DNA from: an uncultured Candidatus Saccharibacteria bacterium
Lineage (GTDB): Bacteria; Patescibacteriota; Minisyncoccia; JACQLN01
Length of the DNA stretch: 64,000 nucleotides
Assembly: GCA_964365305.1 (NCBI GenBank)
Contig: CAYIPG010000001.1
Coordinates: 2,214-66,213 of the forward strand
Direction: 5' to 3'
Shown here: one piece after another, positions 1 through 8,948 of the stretch
Layout: every line of letters begins with the position of its first letter
Numbering within the stretch: the stretch's first letter is position 1
Translations under genes and position numbers: made by a program
The notes under the pieces: generated by a model
Seen by the model: only the letters and a program-made list of their open reading frames with translations
What the model was told of the DNA's origin: nothing
The model's database searches: none

Positions 1-420
1 TTTCCAATCATCTTCATCTAAAAGAGGCCTCCAAACCAACTTTTGACTCTTACTGATATAAGGCGGGTTTGAAACCCTGAAATACGGCTGTTGCCAACAA
101 TTTATAAAAATAACTTTGGGTCCCCAAAATCTTCCTATTCGCTCAAGCATTTTGTAATCACTAATGTGTAGCTCTGGATTCCAACGAAATTTAACCTCAA
201 CAAAAACAGGTTTGCCTTTTCTATCAATAACTATAAAATCAGGTATGGCGCGAATTTTTTCCCCAACATCACTATAGCGATCAAACTTTTCCTCCAGCTG
301 AGTGAGGTTTTGAACAAGCGCCTCATAACCAAAACGATAAATTATATTGCCGGAATGACGCATCATTTCTTCAAACAATGTTTCAGCCATTCGGCCTTTT
401 AACATATTCTCTGGGTTCAT
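1..420 (-). CDS. PD-(D/E)xK nuclease-like hypothetical protein (runs off window edge)
   Basis: Not in ORF track. Manual translation from ATG at 420 is open to base 1: MNPENMLKGRMAETLFEEMMRHSG...IPDFIVIDRKGKPVFVEVKFRWN, giving an E...PD...EVK motif. Confidence 0.65.
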   Translation of the reverse strand, partial: MNPENMLKGRMAETLFEEMMRHSGNIIYRFGYEALVQNLTQLEEKFDRYSDVGEKIRAIPDFIVIDRKGKPVFVEVKFRWNPELHISDYKMLERIGRFWGPKVIFINCWQQPYFRVSNPPYISKSQKLVWRPLLDEDDWK

Positions 421-429
421 ATTAAATTA

Positions 430-475
430 TCTATTCTCTACTACCTTACTTCGAAGTAAGGTAGTAGAGAATAGA
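430..475. repeat. Perfect 46-bp palindrome with core TACTTCGAAGTA (447-458)
   Basis: tctattctctactaccttactt-cg-aagtaaggtagtagagaataga; arms are exact reverse complements. Confidence 0.9.
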
Positions 476-509
476 GAGGTAGAGTAGAAAGGAGGTAGAA
501 AAATGGAAA

Positions 510-935
510 CTATTTTTTAGAAAGAAGATTAAACAATAAAAAATGCAAGGGGTATTTCTTTTTTAACCAATTAAAAGAATATGCTATATCTTCACTCTTA
601 TTTGACTTGATAAATCTTTTACTTAAAACCTTTTGAAAGTTCTTTATCGCATTTTCATAACCGCCTAAACCAGAAATTAACCAACGATGGACATTAGCTA
701 TTGTGCCTTGGCTGGCCTTAAGTTCAGCGGCAATCTCACTGTAACCCTTGCCAGCTAGCAGGTGTTGGGCAATCATAATTCTTCTTGCTAACATAACCGC
801 CTCGGTTTCGCTAAGCAGTTCCTTGAAAAAATTCTTAACTTCTTCTCTGGAACGCAATTCAGTAATGCTTGTCCATAAAAGATCAAGATAATGCATTCTA
901 ACTTTTGAATCTAATCTCCTAGGACTAACTCTCAT
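510..935 (-). CDS. TrpR-like (YerC/YecD family) HTH protein
   Basis: FFKELLSETEAVMLARR...GYSEIAAELKASQGTIANV resembles the Trp-repressor fold. Confidence 0.85.
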   Translation of the reverse strand: MRVSPRRLDSKVRMHYLDLLWTSITELRSREEVKNFFKELLSETEAVMLARRIMIAQHLLAGKGYSEIAAELKASQGTIANVHRWLISGLGGYENAIKNFQKVLSKRFIKSNKSEDIAYSFNWLKKKYPLHFLLFNLLSKK

Positions 936-943
936 AGCTATAA

Positions 944-971
944 TTCTATCATACTTCGAAGTAAGATAGAA
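944..971. promoter_or_regulatory. Palindromic putative operator upstream of TrpR-like gene
   Basis: ttctatc-a-TACTTCGAAGTA-a-gatagaa; same 12-bp core as 447-458. Confidence 0.6.
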
Positions 972-1105
972 ATACTTTTGTATTGATATAAATAACTCAT
1001 GTCCTGAACAAAACTAACAGGCAAGAGCGAAGAAATCACAAATACCGAGGGATGAAGAACGAAAATACGAAGAGAATAAAAATACCAAAAAATTTGCTTT
1101 ATAAT

Positions 1106-2494
1106 TTAGCGACCGAGGCAGGAGAGAACGATATTAACGGTTTTAAGAGTTATACCGACATCAAAAATCAGCGAACGATTTTTTAGATAATAAAAATCGT
1201 AGGATAGTTTTTCTTTAGTGTCTTCCACCGAAGAACCGTAAGTATAATTTATCTGCGCCCAGCCGGTTAAGCCCGGTTTAACCAGATATCTTTTTTCATA
1301 GAAAGGAATTTCTTTAACCAATAGTTCGTGAAACTCCGGGCGCTCGGCGCGCGGCCCCACAAAAGACATCTCACCCTTAAGAATATTTATCAACTGCGGC
1401 AGTTCGTCTAGACGAATTTTTCTAATAAACCGGCCGACTTTAGTAATGCGGTTATCATCTTGAACGGTCCATTGAACACCTGTGGCCTCGGCATCAATGC
1501 GCATGGTTCTAAATTTTATTAAAGTAAATAATTTGCCCCTATGGCCTATTCTTATTTGTTTATAAAATATCGGCCCCCGACCTTCCAGTTTGATAAAAAT
1601 TGCAATAACAACGCCTAAAACTATTGCCAAGGGAAAGAAAATTAAACTGGCCAAAAAATCAACAGATCTTTTGGCAAATTCATAGCCCAATCTTCGGCCC
1701 GAAGAAAAATTGTTTAAGAACCATAAATTATTTACTCCGCTTATATCAACCTTTCTCCAAACCCGTTCGTTAAATTTGGTTAGATTAGTAATTTCTACTC
1801 TGTCGATAAAATCAGAAAGTGATGTTACCAAAACATCTTTATTAAAAAACTTATCATCAATGATAAAGGCCTTTACTTTACTGCTCTGCACTAAATCAAA
1901 AATACTTATTTTTTTAGACGGATTTAAAAACTCCGGCCAAAATTTATTTGACTCTCCAACAGGCCTAGGACCAACAAAAAATACCACCCTATAACCGACC
2001 TGGGGGTTTTGGTTTAATTTTAAGGCCAGCCGGAAACCGCGATCGTCATCAGACATAACCACAGCGTTAACTAAAAACCTTCTCTTAAAAACATTATTAA
2101 CCTGCCCCCGCCACAGCAAAAATAAAAAAGAAAATATGGCAAAGTAGATAAATAGGTTTGTCTTAGGCGCTATTTCGGTTAAACTGGCAAAATAAAAGAA
2201 CAGCACCGCCGCAAAGAAATTGATCATCAATGACCTAGCTAAACCGCTGTAAAATTCTAAAGTGTTCTTGGCCGAAGTAATATCGTAAAGATTATGGATG
2301 TAGAAAATAATCAACCATAAAAATATTAAAGGAGAAAAAGCCCAAACATGCAAAAAGAAAAGTTGATAAGTGGTAAAATTGGTATGCGCCGGATCAATGT
2401 TGTTGTACCTAAGATAAACTGTCAAAAATAAAGACAGGTATATCACAACTACATCTCCAACCAAAAGTAATATTTTTTTGGAATTAGAATTCAT
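1106..2494 (-). CDS. Initiating polyprenyl-phosphate glycosylphosphotransferase (WcaJ/WbaP family)
   Basis: N-terminal TM helices; KFRTM, RLDELPQLINILKGEMSFVGPR, KPGLTGWAQI motifs. Confidence 0.93.
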   Translation of the reverse strand: MNSNSKKILLLVGDVVVIYLSLFLTVYLRYNNIDPAHTNFTTYQLFFLHVWAFSPLIFLWLIIFYIHNLYDITSAKNTLEFYSGLARSLMINFFAAVLFFYFASLTEIAPKTNLFIYFAIFSFLFLLWRGQVNNVFKRRFLVNAVVMSDDDRGFRLALKLNQNPQVGYRVVFFVGPRPVGESNKFWPEFLNPSKKISIFDLVQSSKVKAFIIDDKFFNKDVLVTSLSDFIDRVEITNLTKFNERVWRKVDISGVNNLWFLNNFSSGRRLGYEFAKRSVDFLASLIFFPLAIVLGVVIAIFIKLEGRGPIFYKQIRIGHRGKLFTLIKFRTMRIDAEATGVQWTVQDDNRITKVGRFIRKIRLDELPQLINILKGEMSFVGPRAERPEFHELLVKEIPFYEKRYLVKPGLTGWAQINYTYGSSVEDTKEKLSYDFYYLKNRSLIFDVGITLKTVNIVLSCLGR

Positions 2495-2503
2495 ACCTTA
2501 AAA

Positions 2504-3430
2504 TCAAGATAGATAAATCTTTTTTAGTTCAGCAATCCCTTCTTCTAGTGTTATCCTTGACTCCCACCTTAAAAGTTTTTTAGCTAAAGAAGTATCTCCT
2601 TGGCTATATTTTATTTCACCGCCTCGCTCGGGCAAATAAATAATCGGACCGCCGATTATTTTAGCGATTTCGTTGACGCTATATGCTTTCTCGGAACAAA
2701 TATTAATTACCTCGCCTTGGCCAACTTTGTTTGATTGCATAGCTAAAATATTGGCCCGCACCACATCTTTAACATTGGTGAACGAACGCGTTTGTTTGCC
2801 GTCACCTACAATAGTTAGCGGCTGACCCTTATTTTTTTGATTCAAAAAAACAGCGAAGACAGCCAAATAACTGCCTTTGTCCGACATGCCCGGGCCATAA
2901 ACATTAAAATATCTAAGCGCCACGGTTTTTAGGCCGTAAACAGAACTGAAAATTCGGCAATAATGTTCGCCTATATGTTTTTGCAATCCATATGGGCTTA
3001 ATGGCATGGCGCTAAAGTTTTCCTTGAGAGGCAATTTGGTTTGATTTCCATAAGCCGAAGAAGATGCTGAATAAATTAATTTTTCAACCTGGGCTTCTTG
3101 GGCCGCCATTAAAACATTCAAAGTACCGGTGACATTGATATTGTTCGTGGTAATAGGATCATCAATAGAAAGTTGAACTCGTGGCAAAGCCGCTAAATGA
3201 AAAACAAACTTTGCTTCTCTAAATATAGGTTTTATTTTTTTGAGATCAGTTATATCGGCTTTATGGAATATGGCGCCAGCAGGAATTTTATTTTTATTGC
3301 CAGTAGAAAGATTATCTATAATATGAACATTAAAACCCCGATCAATTAATTCTCGGCTCAAATTAGACCCGATAAACCCGGCGCCGCCGGTGACTATTAC
3401 CTTGATTTTATTATCCATTTTGTTCTTCAT
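2504..3430 (-). CDS. NAD-dependent nucleotide-sugar epimerase (GalE/WbpP-like)
   Basis: TGGAGFIG, ASSSAYG, YGLQK, RYFNVYGP. Confidence 0.9.
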   Translation of the reverse strand: MKNKMDNKIKVIVTGGAGFIGSNLSRELIDRGFNVHIIDNLSTGNKNKIPAGAIFHKADITDLKKIKPIFREAKFVFHLAALPRVQLSIDDPITTNNINVTGTLNVLMAAQEAQVEKLIYSASSSAYGNQTKLPLKENFSAMPLSPYGLQKHIGEHYCRIFSSVYGLKTVALRYFNVYGPGMSDKGSYLAVFAVFLNQKNKGQPLTIVGDGKQTRSFTNVKDVVRANILAMQSNKVGQGEVINICSEKAYSVNEIAKIIGGPIIYLPERGGEIKYSQGDTSLAKKLLRWESRITLEEGIAELKKIYLS

Positions 3431-3472
3431 AAATCATCTATTATATAACCAAAATTCTATCCGAAAGTAACC

Positions 3473-3501
3473 AAAAACTCCACCTTTTTAAGGGTGGAGT
3501 T
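3473..3501 (-). terminator. Intrinsic terminator
   Basis: aactccacc...ggtggagtt hairpin followed by a T-run on the minus strand, downstream of 3525..4979. Confidence 0.7.
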
Positions 3502-3524
3502 GGGCTTATCAAGTGAACCAACCA

Positions 3525-4979
3525 TTACTGCAACGCCTTGATTTGATCCTGTATGGCTTTTATCTGGGCCTCAATTTGTTTGGTTAAATCATCCGTAGAG
3601 GTTGTAGCCGGGGTGGGGGCGGTCTTGACTGGCGCAACCGGAACACTTGGAGCCGTCAGAGTGTTTATCTGTCCTTGAATGGCTTTGATTTGATCCTCTA
3701 TTTGCTTAGTCAGATCATTATTAGAAGTCGCTGGAGCAACCATTGGAGTAGATGGGGCTACCACTGGAGTTGATACACTGCCCAACACTTCGTTGATTTT
3801 AGCCATAGTAGCCGGACCGACTCGGCCAACAGTTGAAATTCCATACTTGGCCTGGAATTTTTTAACTGCCGCTGTGGTCTTAGAGCCATAGAATCCGCTG
3901 ACAGTACCTTCAGGATAAACCTCTGGATCCTTGGCCAATAATTTTTGTAAATCTATAACCTCATCACTGCGAGTGCCGGGGTTGAGTTCGGTATCAATCA
4001 TAACAGCGCCAATGGCTAACGGTGTCTGAACTGAAACTCCAGATGTTAAGGCCTGAATTTGGGATTGGATTGCTTGAATTTGAGCTTGAATCTGATCAGC
4101 GGCCGTAGCGGCGACAGAAGGTGTTGTTGGAGCAACGGCCGAAACCTGAGCGCCCAACACCTCATTGATCTTAGCCAGAGTAGCTGGACCGACACGACCA
4201 ACTTGAGGCAAACCATATTTGGCTTGGAATTTTCTAACAGCTACAACTGTTTTGGGGCCATAAAGACCACTGACTATGCCTTCGGGGTAAATAGATGGAT
4301 CTCTAGCTAATAGTTTCTGTAGATCCATAACATCACTACTGCGAGTGCCGGGATTGAGTTCTTTAGTTATTACAACAGTCGGAACAACCACTGCCGGCGC
4401 CGATACAACAGGCGCGCTGGTAACTGGAGCAACTGTAGTTGTTGGAGCCGGAGTCGCAACGGTGGTGGTAGTAGTCGTAGGAGTCGCAGTGGTAGCTGTA
4501 GTTGTTGTGGTGGTTGTAGTCGTGCTAGGAGTGGAAGATGTCGTGCTAGTGGTTGACGATGATGATGAAGAAGAACTTCCAGTGCCGGTAGAACCCGCTA
4601 CCACGCAAGTACTTGATGTGGGAGTAACACCCACGGTCTCTGTGGCACCCGTTGACAAAGCAAGTTGTAGCACAGATGACGAGCTATTGCATTCAAAACT
4701 CGCAGTGACCTTATCTACATTATAGGTAAAATTCCTCTTACCCGCGGAAGTTATGTCAATACTGGAACCAGCGGCAAGTGTTATATCCAAAACGGTCTCA
4801 TTAACAGTTATGCTTTGGATGACTCCGCTAGTTACCGTCAGGTCAACTATTGTGCCGCTAATCGTTGTACGAATCGTTGTACCCGAAGATAAATTTACAT
4901 CATTATACGCTCCCAACACAATCATCGGAACCATGATGACGCTAATCGCCCCCAAAATAACACTAATATTAAATTTCAT
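3525..4979 (-). CDS. Secreted protein with Ser/Thr-rich linker and two peptidoglycan-binding (PG_binding_1-like) domains
   Basis: Signal peptide; poly-S/T linker; two repeats DV.DLQKLL...G.YG.KT..AV.KFQAKYG...GRVGPAT; three QIKAIQ.QI coils. Confidence 0.85.
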   Translation of the reverse strand: MKFNISVILGAISVIMVPMIVLGAYNDVNLSSGTTIRTTISGTIVDLTVTSGVIQSITVNETVLDITLAAGSSIDITSAGKRNFTYNVDKVTASFECNSSSSVLQLALSTGATETVGVTPTSSTCVVAGSTGTGSSSSSSSSTTSTTSSTPSTTTTTTTTTATTATPTTTTTTVATPAPTTTVAPVTSAPVVSAPAVVVPTVVITKELNPGTRSSDVMDLQKLLARDPSIYPEGIVSGLYGPKTVVAVRKFQAKYGLPQVGRVGPATLAKINEVLGAQVSAVAPTTPSVAATAADQIQAQIQAIQSQIQALTSGVSVQTPLAIGAVMIDTELNPGTRSDEVIDLQKLLAKDPEVYPEGTVSGFYGSKTTAAVKKFQAKYGISTVGRVGPATMAKINEVLGSVSTPVVAPSTPMVAPATSNNDLTKQIEDQIKAIQGQINTLTAPSVPVAPVKTAPTPATTSTDDLTKQIEAQIKAIQDQIKALQ

Positions 4980-5014
4980 AGAGGTTTAATAAGATAAATT
5001 AGTTATTCTGGTAA

Positions 5015-5755
5015 TTATCTTGGGCAAGCGACAACTCTTGCTGATAACAGCTTAGCGATATCTTGAGTGCTTGCGGTGTCAGTAAGTGGATCAAGCGCGC
5101 CTGTCGTCGCCATCAACGAAACACAATTATTGCCATCCGTTGATTTTAATAAAATCTCACCACCACTGGCACCACCCCCTGCTACATAAGCAGTTCCTGT
5201 CGCTTGGTAAGCAGGGCCCACTCCCGAAACTGTAAATGACGGAGTAACTGTAGTATTACCGATATCGCCAGAATTTGGCACAGTTGAAGTTCCAATAGTT
5301 ACGGCTCCAGAATTACCATCAACAAAAAGAGATGTGGTGGCAACTTGCAAACCAAACCGAACAGTTGAGGTTGCTGTCGTAGAAGTAGCGGTAAAGGAAG
5401 AAGTATAAATAAAATCACCGATAATTGCCCCTCCTTCAACCGCTAATCCACCATCGCCATTTAGAGTCAATGAAGGTGTAGTAGTTCCAATACCAACTCT
5501 GCCCTTAAACCAGGAAACGCCCGTGGTTGAAGTGGCATTAAAAACACTGGCAGTTACGAAATCCTCAGCGATTATGCCGCCCGTAGCGCCAATGATAGCG
5601 CCGGGCGTGGAGGTACCACTACCCAAACCGGTACTGCTGATGGTCATAGTCGCGCCGTAAGCAACCACCGCCACCATAAAAATTGATAATAAAGAAGAAA
5701 CCGCGGTTGCTAAAAAGTACCGCTTGGAAATGAGAGATTTCATATTTTTACTCAT
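5015..5755 (-). CDS. Membrane-anchored/secreted Thr/Gly-rich surface protein
   Basis: N-terminal hydrophobic helix; ATSTT and GIGTT motifs; C-terminal Cys pair. Confidence 0.65.
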   Translation of the reverse strand: MSKNMKSLISKRYFLATAVSSLLSIFMVAVVAYGATMTISSTGLGSGTSTPGAIIGATGGIIAEDFVTASVFNATSTTGVSWFKGRVGIGTTTPSLTLNGDGGLAVEGGAIIGDFIYTSSFTATSTTATSTVRFGLQVATTSLFVDGNSGAVTIGTSTVPNSGDIGNTTVTPSFTVSGVGPAYQATGTAYVAGGGASGGEILLKSTDGNNCVSLMATTGALDPLTDTASTQDIAKLLSARVVACPR

Positions 5756-5879
5756 TAAACTTATTATTTATTAAGACCCGCGCGTTCCACTAGAAACGCC
5801 CAAACAGATCTTTAGGTTATAATTTTCCTGACTAATATAACTATTGTACTATAAATCTTAAAAAACATAGCAAGTGGGG

Positions 5880-5888
5880 TTATCCACA
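5880..5888 (+). promoter_or_regulatory. Single consensus DnaA box
   Basis: TTATCCACA in the intergenic region upstream of 5015..5755. Confidence 0.35.
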
Positions 5889-5891
5889 AAC

Positions 5892-5923
5892 AAAAAGGGT
5901 TAGTGATATAGAATCACTAACCC
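5892..5923 (-). terminator. Intrinsic terminator
   Basis: gggttagtgat-ataga-atcactaaccc 11-bp stem, T-run on the minus strand. Confidence 0.75.
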
Positions 5924-5959
5924 ATTGAAATAAATAGGCGGTTTAAAAATTTCCGGCGT

Positions 5960-8185
5960 TTACCTTTTTAGCTTGCCTTCTTTAATTTGTTTGATAAAAA
6001 CCTCTCCTTGTTGTTTAAAGTCGGGCGCCAGTTCTATGGCCTTTTCTAATTGTTCAATGGCTTTTTTATCTTGAAAGATCTTGACATAAGCCGAAGCCAA
6101 ACTTAAACGATACTGGGCGTCACTGGGATTTTGGGCCACCAGCTTTTCCCAAATCAAAGCCACTTTATCAAACTTACCCAAGGCAATATAGGCATTTATA
6201 TATTTTGGATTAGCCACCACCTCGGCGCCGAAATGTTTTTTAAGCAAGGCCTCGGCCTCTTGCGGTCGGCCGGAAAAAATAAGCACGATAGCATAGTTAT
6301 GGATAGCGTCGGGATATTCAGGCGCGAGTTCATAGGCCTGTTTTAAGGTGTCCATCGCCAAGTCCTCCTCGCTCGCCCTAAAATAGGCCTCGCCCAACAA
6401 GAAATAAAACTGCTGCCTTTGGGAAGACACGCCTAAACCTTGCCGGGCTGTGAGGATGGCGTTAGGATAATCACCCGCCGTGCCGTAAAGAGTTGTCAAA
6501 AATGCCAGCGCTCGAATGTCATATGGAAATGCTTCCGCTTGTATTTTCATTTGTTCCAAGGCAAACTCGGTAACATTTTTTTTCTCTTCGGCTGGAGTGG
6601 CCGGATCATCATTGATCTTTTCCGAATAAAGCGCGAGTTGTTCTCTAATTTCCGGCGTGCCAAAAGTATTATACTCTATGCCGCGTTTTAAGGCCTGCAT
6701 ACCCCCATCTAAATCGCGCGCGCGGCTGCCGTCCCGGGAATAAGTTACCATCTGTAAAGCATTGATAATGCTCTTGGAAGCCAAAATCGGTTTAACATTA
6801 AAAGAATACAGCGAAAAAATCACTATGACTCCAACAACAGCCGTGATAACAGATCTGGCAATTTTAGGCACGGCCACCGTCTCCGATAAATTATTGCCCG
6901 ACAAATCCTGGTCGGATTTAACATATAACCAGTGTAAATACCCTAAGACGGCAAAGAAAATCATATAACTGGTGAAGTTATCAAAAACAAAAATGTTGTG
7001 GATAAAGTAAGCCACTAACAAACCCGCCATTACCGCCACTAATTTGGCTGACAATGTTTTTGATTTAAAAAGTTTCCACAAAACAAAACTAGCGGCGGCA
7101 AACATACTTAAGTAAGTCAGTAGGCCAACTATGCCTGTGGCGGTAAGCCAGTCCAGAAAAACATTGTGAGCCCGATCAAACCAGGGTTCTTGGCGCCACA
7201 TTCTGGAATCATAATATTTAGAAAAAATATAAACAAAATTTTCCGGACCCCAACCCAAAATCGGCCTTTCCTTCCAGGCCTGATAAGCCATGTTCCAAAT
7301 AAGAAAACGGGATTGGGTAGTGGTCTCGCTTAGCGAGATACTGGCAAAGCGGGTTAACACATCGCTGTTTCTAATAAAAGAAGTATCTTTAAGAGCAAGA
7401 AAACTCCCCACCATCAGCGCTATAACCAATAAACCAGATAACGCTAACTTGCGAGCCAAACCGCGCCCATACACGACATTTATTACAGCCCCTATAAATA
7501 AACCGGCGATAAGGCCGAGAATAGCGCCGCGCGTGGCCGTTTTATAAACAATGAAAAATTCAAACACGGCCGCCGCCAGCAAAATCAATCTCAAAAAAAT
7601 ACTCCGACCTTGAGACCTCAAAAAGAACCACAATAAAAGAAAAATATGGAAAACAAGATAGATGGCCAAATAAGTGGCATTGCCCATGGTGGCGTCTATG
7701 CGATCATCACCCTGATGAATATCAAATGAACCCAGCAATTGCAACAAAGCATAGAAACTCACGGTCAAACTGACTACCAGTGATACTCCAAAAAATACAA
7801 CCCAGTCCCGTTCCTTCCTGAAAACACTGGTTAGCATCAGAAAATAAATAAAATAATGCCAATAACCCCAGAACCCCTCCATCCGCTCAAAACCGGACCA
7901 AAAACTCTTGTAGGGGGAAACGCTAAAAATAGTGGCTAGAAACAGAACCAATGTCCATGTCACCACACTATATAAAATAACCGAGGAGCGCGGCCGATAT
8001 TGGGAGTCGCTCATCATCAACCACAACCAGAACACAAAAATGATTTCTATTATAATCCTAAAAATAAAATTACGGCCGGTGATAAAAGGGAAAAACAAAG
8101 ACCGGGTTACCACCAGCGACAAAATCGGCACTGCCAAAAGACCTATTTTTACCACCCAGGCAAATAATTTCTTGGTATCAAGCAT
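5960..8185 (-). CDS. O-antigen ligase/O-oligosaccharyltransferase (Wzy_C) family protein with C-terminal TPRs
   Basis: Many TM helices; TATRGA, R..IW...P.LGWG, DRAHN motifs; helical TPR-like tail. Confidence 0.88.
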   Translation of the reverse strand: MLDTKKLFAWVVKIGLLAVPILSLVVTRSLFFPFITGRNFIFRIIIEIIFVFWLWLMMSDSQYRPRSSVILYSVVTWTLVLFLATIFSVSPYKSFWSGFERMEGFWGYWHYFIYFLMLTSVFRKERDWVVFFGVSLVVSLTVSFYALLQLLGSFDIHQGDDRIDATMGNATYLAIYLVFHIFLLLWFFLRSQGRSIFLRLILLAAAVFEFFIVYKTATRGAILGLIAGLFIGAVINVVYGRGLARKLALSGLLVIALMVGSFLALKDTSFIRNSDVLTRFASISLSETTTQSRFLIWNMAYQAWKERPILGWGPENFVYIFSKYYDSRMWRQEPWFDRAHNVFLDWLTATGIVGLLTYLSMFAAASFVLWKLFKSKTLSAKLVAVMAGLLVAYFIHNIFVFDNFTSYMIFFAVLGYLHWLYVKSDQDLSGNNLSETVAVPKIARSVITAVVGVIVIFSLYSFNVKPILASKSIINALQMVTYSRDGSRARDLDGGMQALKRGIEYNTFGTPEIREQLALYSEKINDDPATPAEEKKNVTEFALEQMKIQAEAFPYDIRALAFLTTLYGTAGDYPNAILTARQGLGVSSQRQQFYFLLGEAYFRASEEDLAMDTLKQAYELAPEYPDAIHNYAIVLIFSGRPQEAEALLKKHFGAEVVANPKYINAYIALGKFDKVALIWEKLVAQNPSDAQYRLSLASAYVKIFQDKKAIEQLEKAIELAPDFKQQGEVFIKQIKEGKLKR

Positions 8186-8222
8186 TTATTTATAGCCGCA
8201 CCCTAGCACAAAAGAAACCAAG

Positions 8223-8948
8223 CTACAACTTTTGACTCCGTAATTTTTCTACAGCCAATTCGGCCAAGAACCAATCTTCAGGACCATCAATGTTAACACT
8301 GTATTTTTCGGCCATGGGATATAGCGCCACCTTGTCGCCGTAAAAATTAGGACTTTGGGGATCAAACAACATTTCTGGTTTAAAAACATAAATGGCGCCA
8401 TTGTGGTAATAATTTTTTTTAGGAAAACTTTGCCGGCGGGGTATGCGATTTTTTATCGGCTCGCCGATAAAAAGTTCACCCCAGCCATTTTCATTTTCCA
8501 CCACCGCCCAATAGGGGCTAAAATGTCCTGGGATTTCGGAAACGCTAACCACCGAATCGGCTAATTTATTTTTGAATAAGACCATGGCCTCTTGGATATG
8601 CCAGGTCTGCCTTAACGGCGCGGTGGGTTGTAACAGCGCCACCACATCGGGCTGATAGTTCTCGTTTTCTTTTAACCAAGATATGGCATGTTGAAGCACC
8701 GGCAAATGCGGCGTGCCGTCTTGAGCCAGTTCAGCGGGACGGATAAAAGGAACTTCCACATTATACTTTTTGGCCACATCGGCGATTTTTTGATCATCAG
8801 TGCTTAAAATTAAACGATCAAAAACACCCGACTCTTGGGCGGCTTTAATCGTGTAAGCAATTAGTGGCTGGCCACATAAGTCCTTTATATTTTTACCGGG
8901 AATACCCTTAGAGCCGCCGCGCGCGGTTATAATGCCAAGTATTTTCAT
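8223..8948 (-). CDS. neuA: CMP-nonulosonate synthetase (acylneuraminate cytidylyltransferase)
   Basis: ARGGSKGIPGKN, STDD, LLQPTAPLR, RRQ, NGAIY. Confidence 0.93.
   Translation of the reverse strand: MKILGIITARGGSKGIPGKNIKDLCGQPLIAYTIKAAQESGVFDRLILSTDDQKIADVAKKYNVEVPFIRPAELAQDGTPHLPVLQHAISWLKENENYQPDVVALLQPTAPLRQTWHIQEAMVLFKNKLADSVVSVSEIPGHFSPYWAVVENENGWGELFIGEPIKNRIPRRQSFPKKNYYHNGAIYVFKPEMLFDPQSPNFYGDKVALYPMAEKYSVNIDGPEDWFLAELAVEKLRSQKL

Noticed and set aside
999-1104. Purine-rich intergenic stretch with a short open frame ending KFAL-stop (tmRNA tag or small peptide)
   Set aside because: No in-frame start, no tRNA-like ends, and too short for tmRNA
4059-4989. Val-rich + strand ORFs
   Set aside because: Antisense mirror of the Thr/Ser-rich codons of 3525..4979
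5880-5888. DnaA box as a replication origin
   Set aside because: Only one clear box, and no dnaA/dnaN nearby
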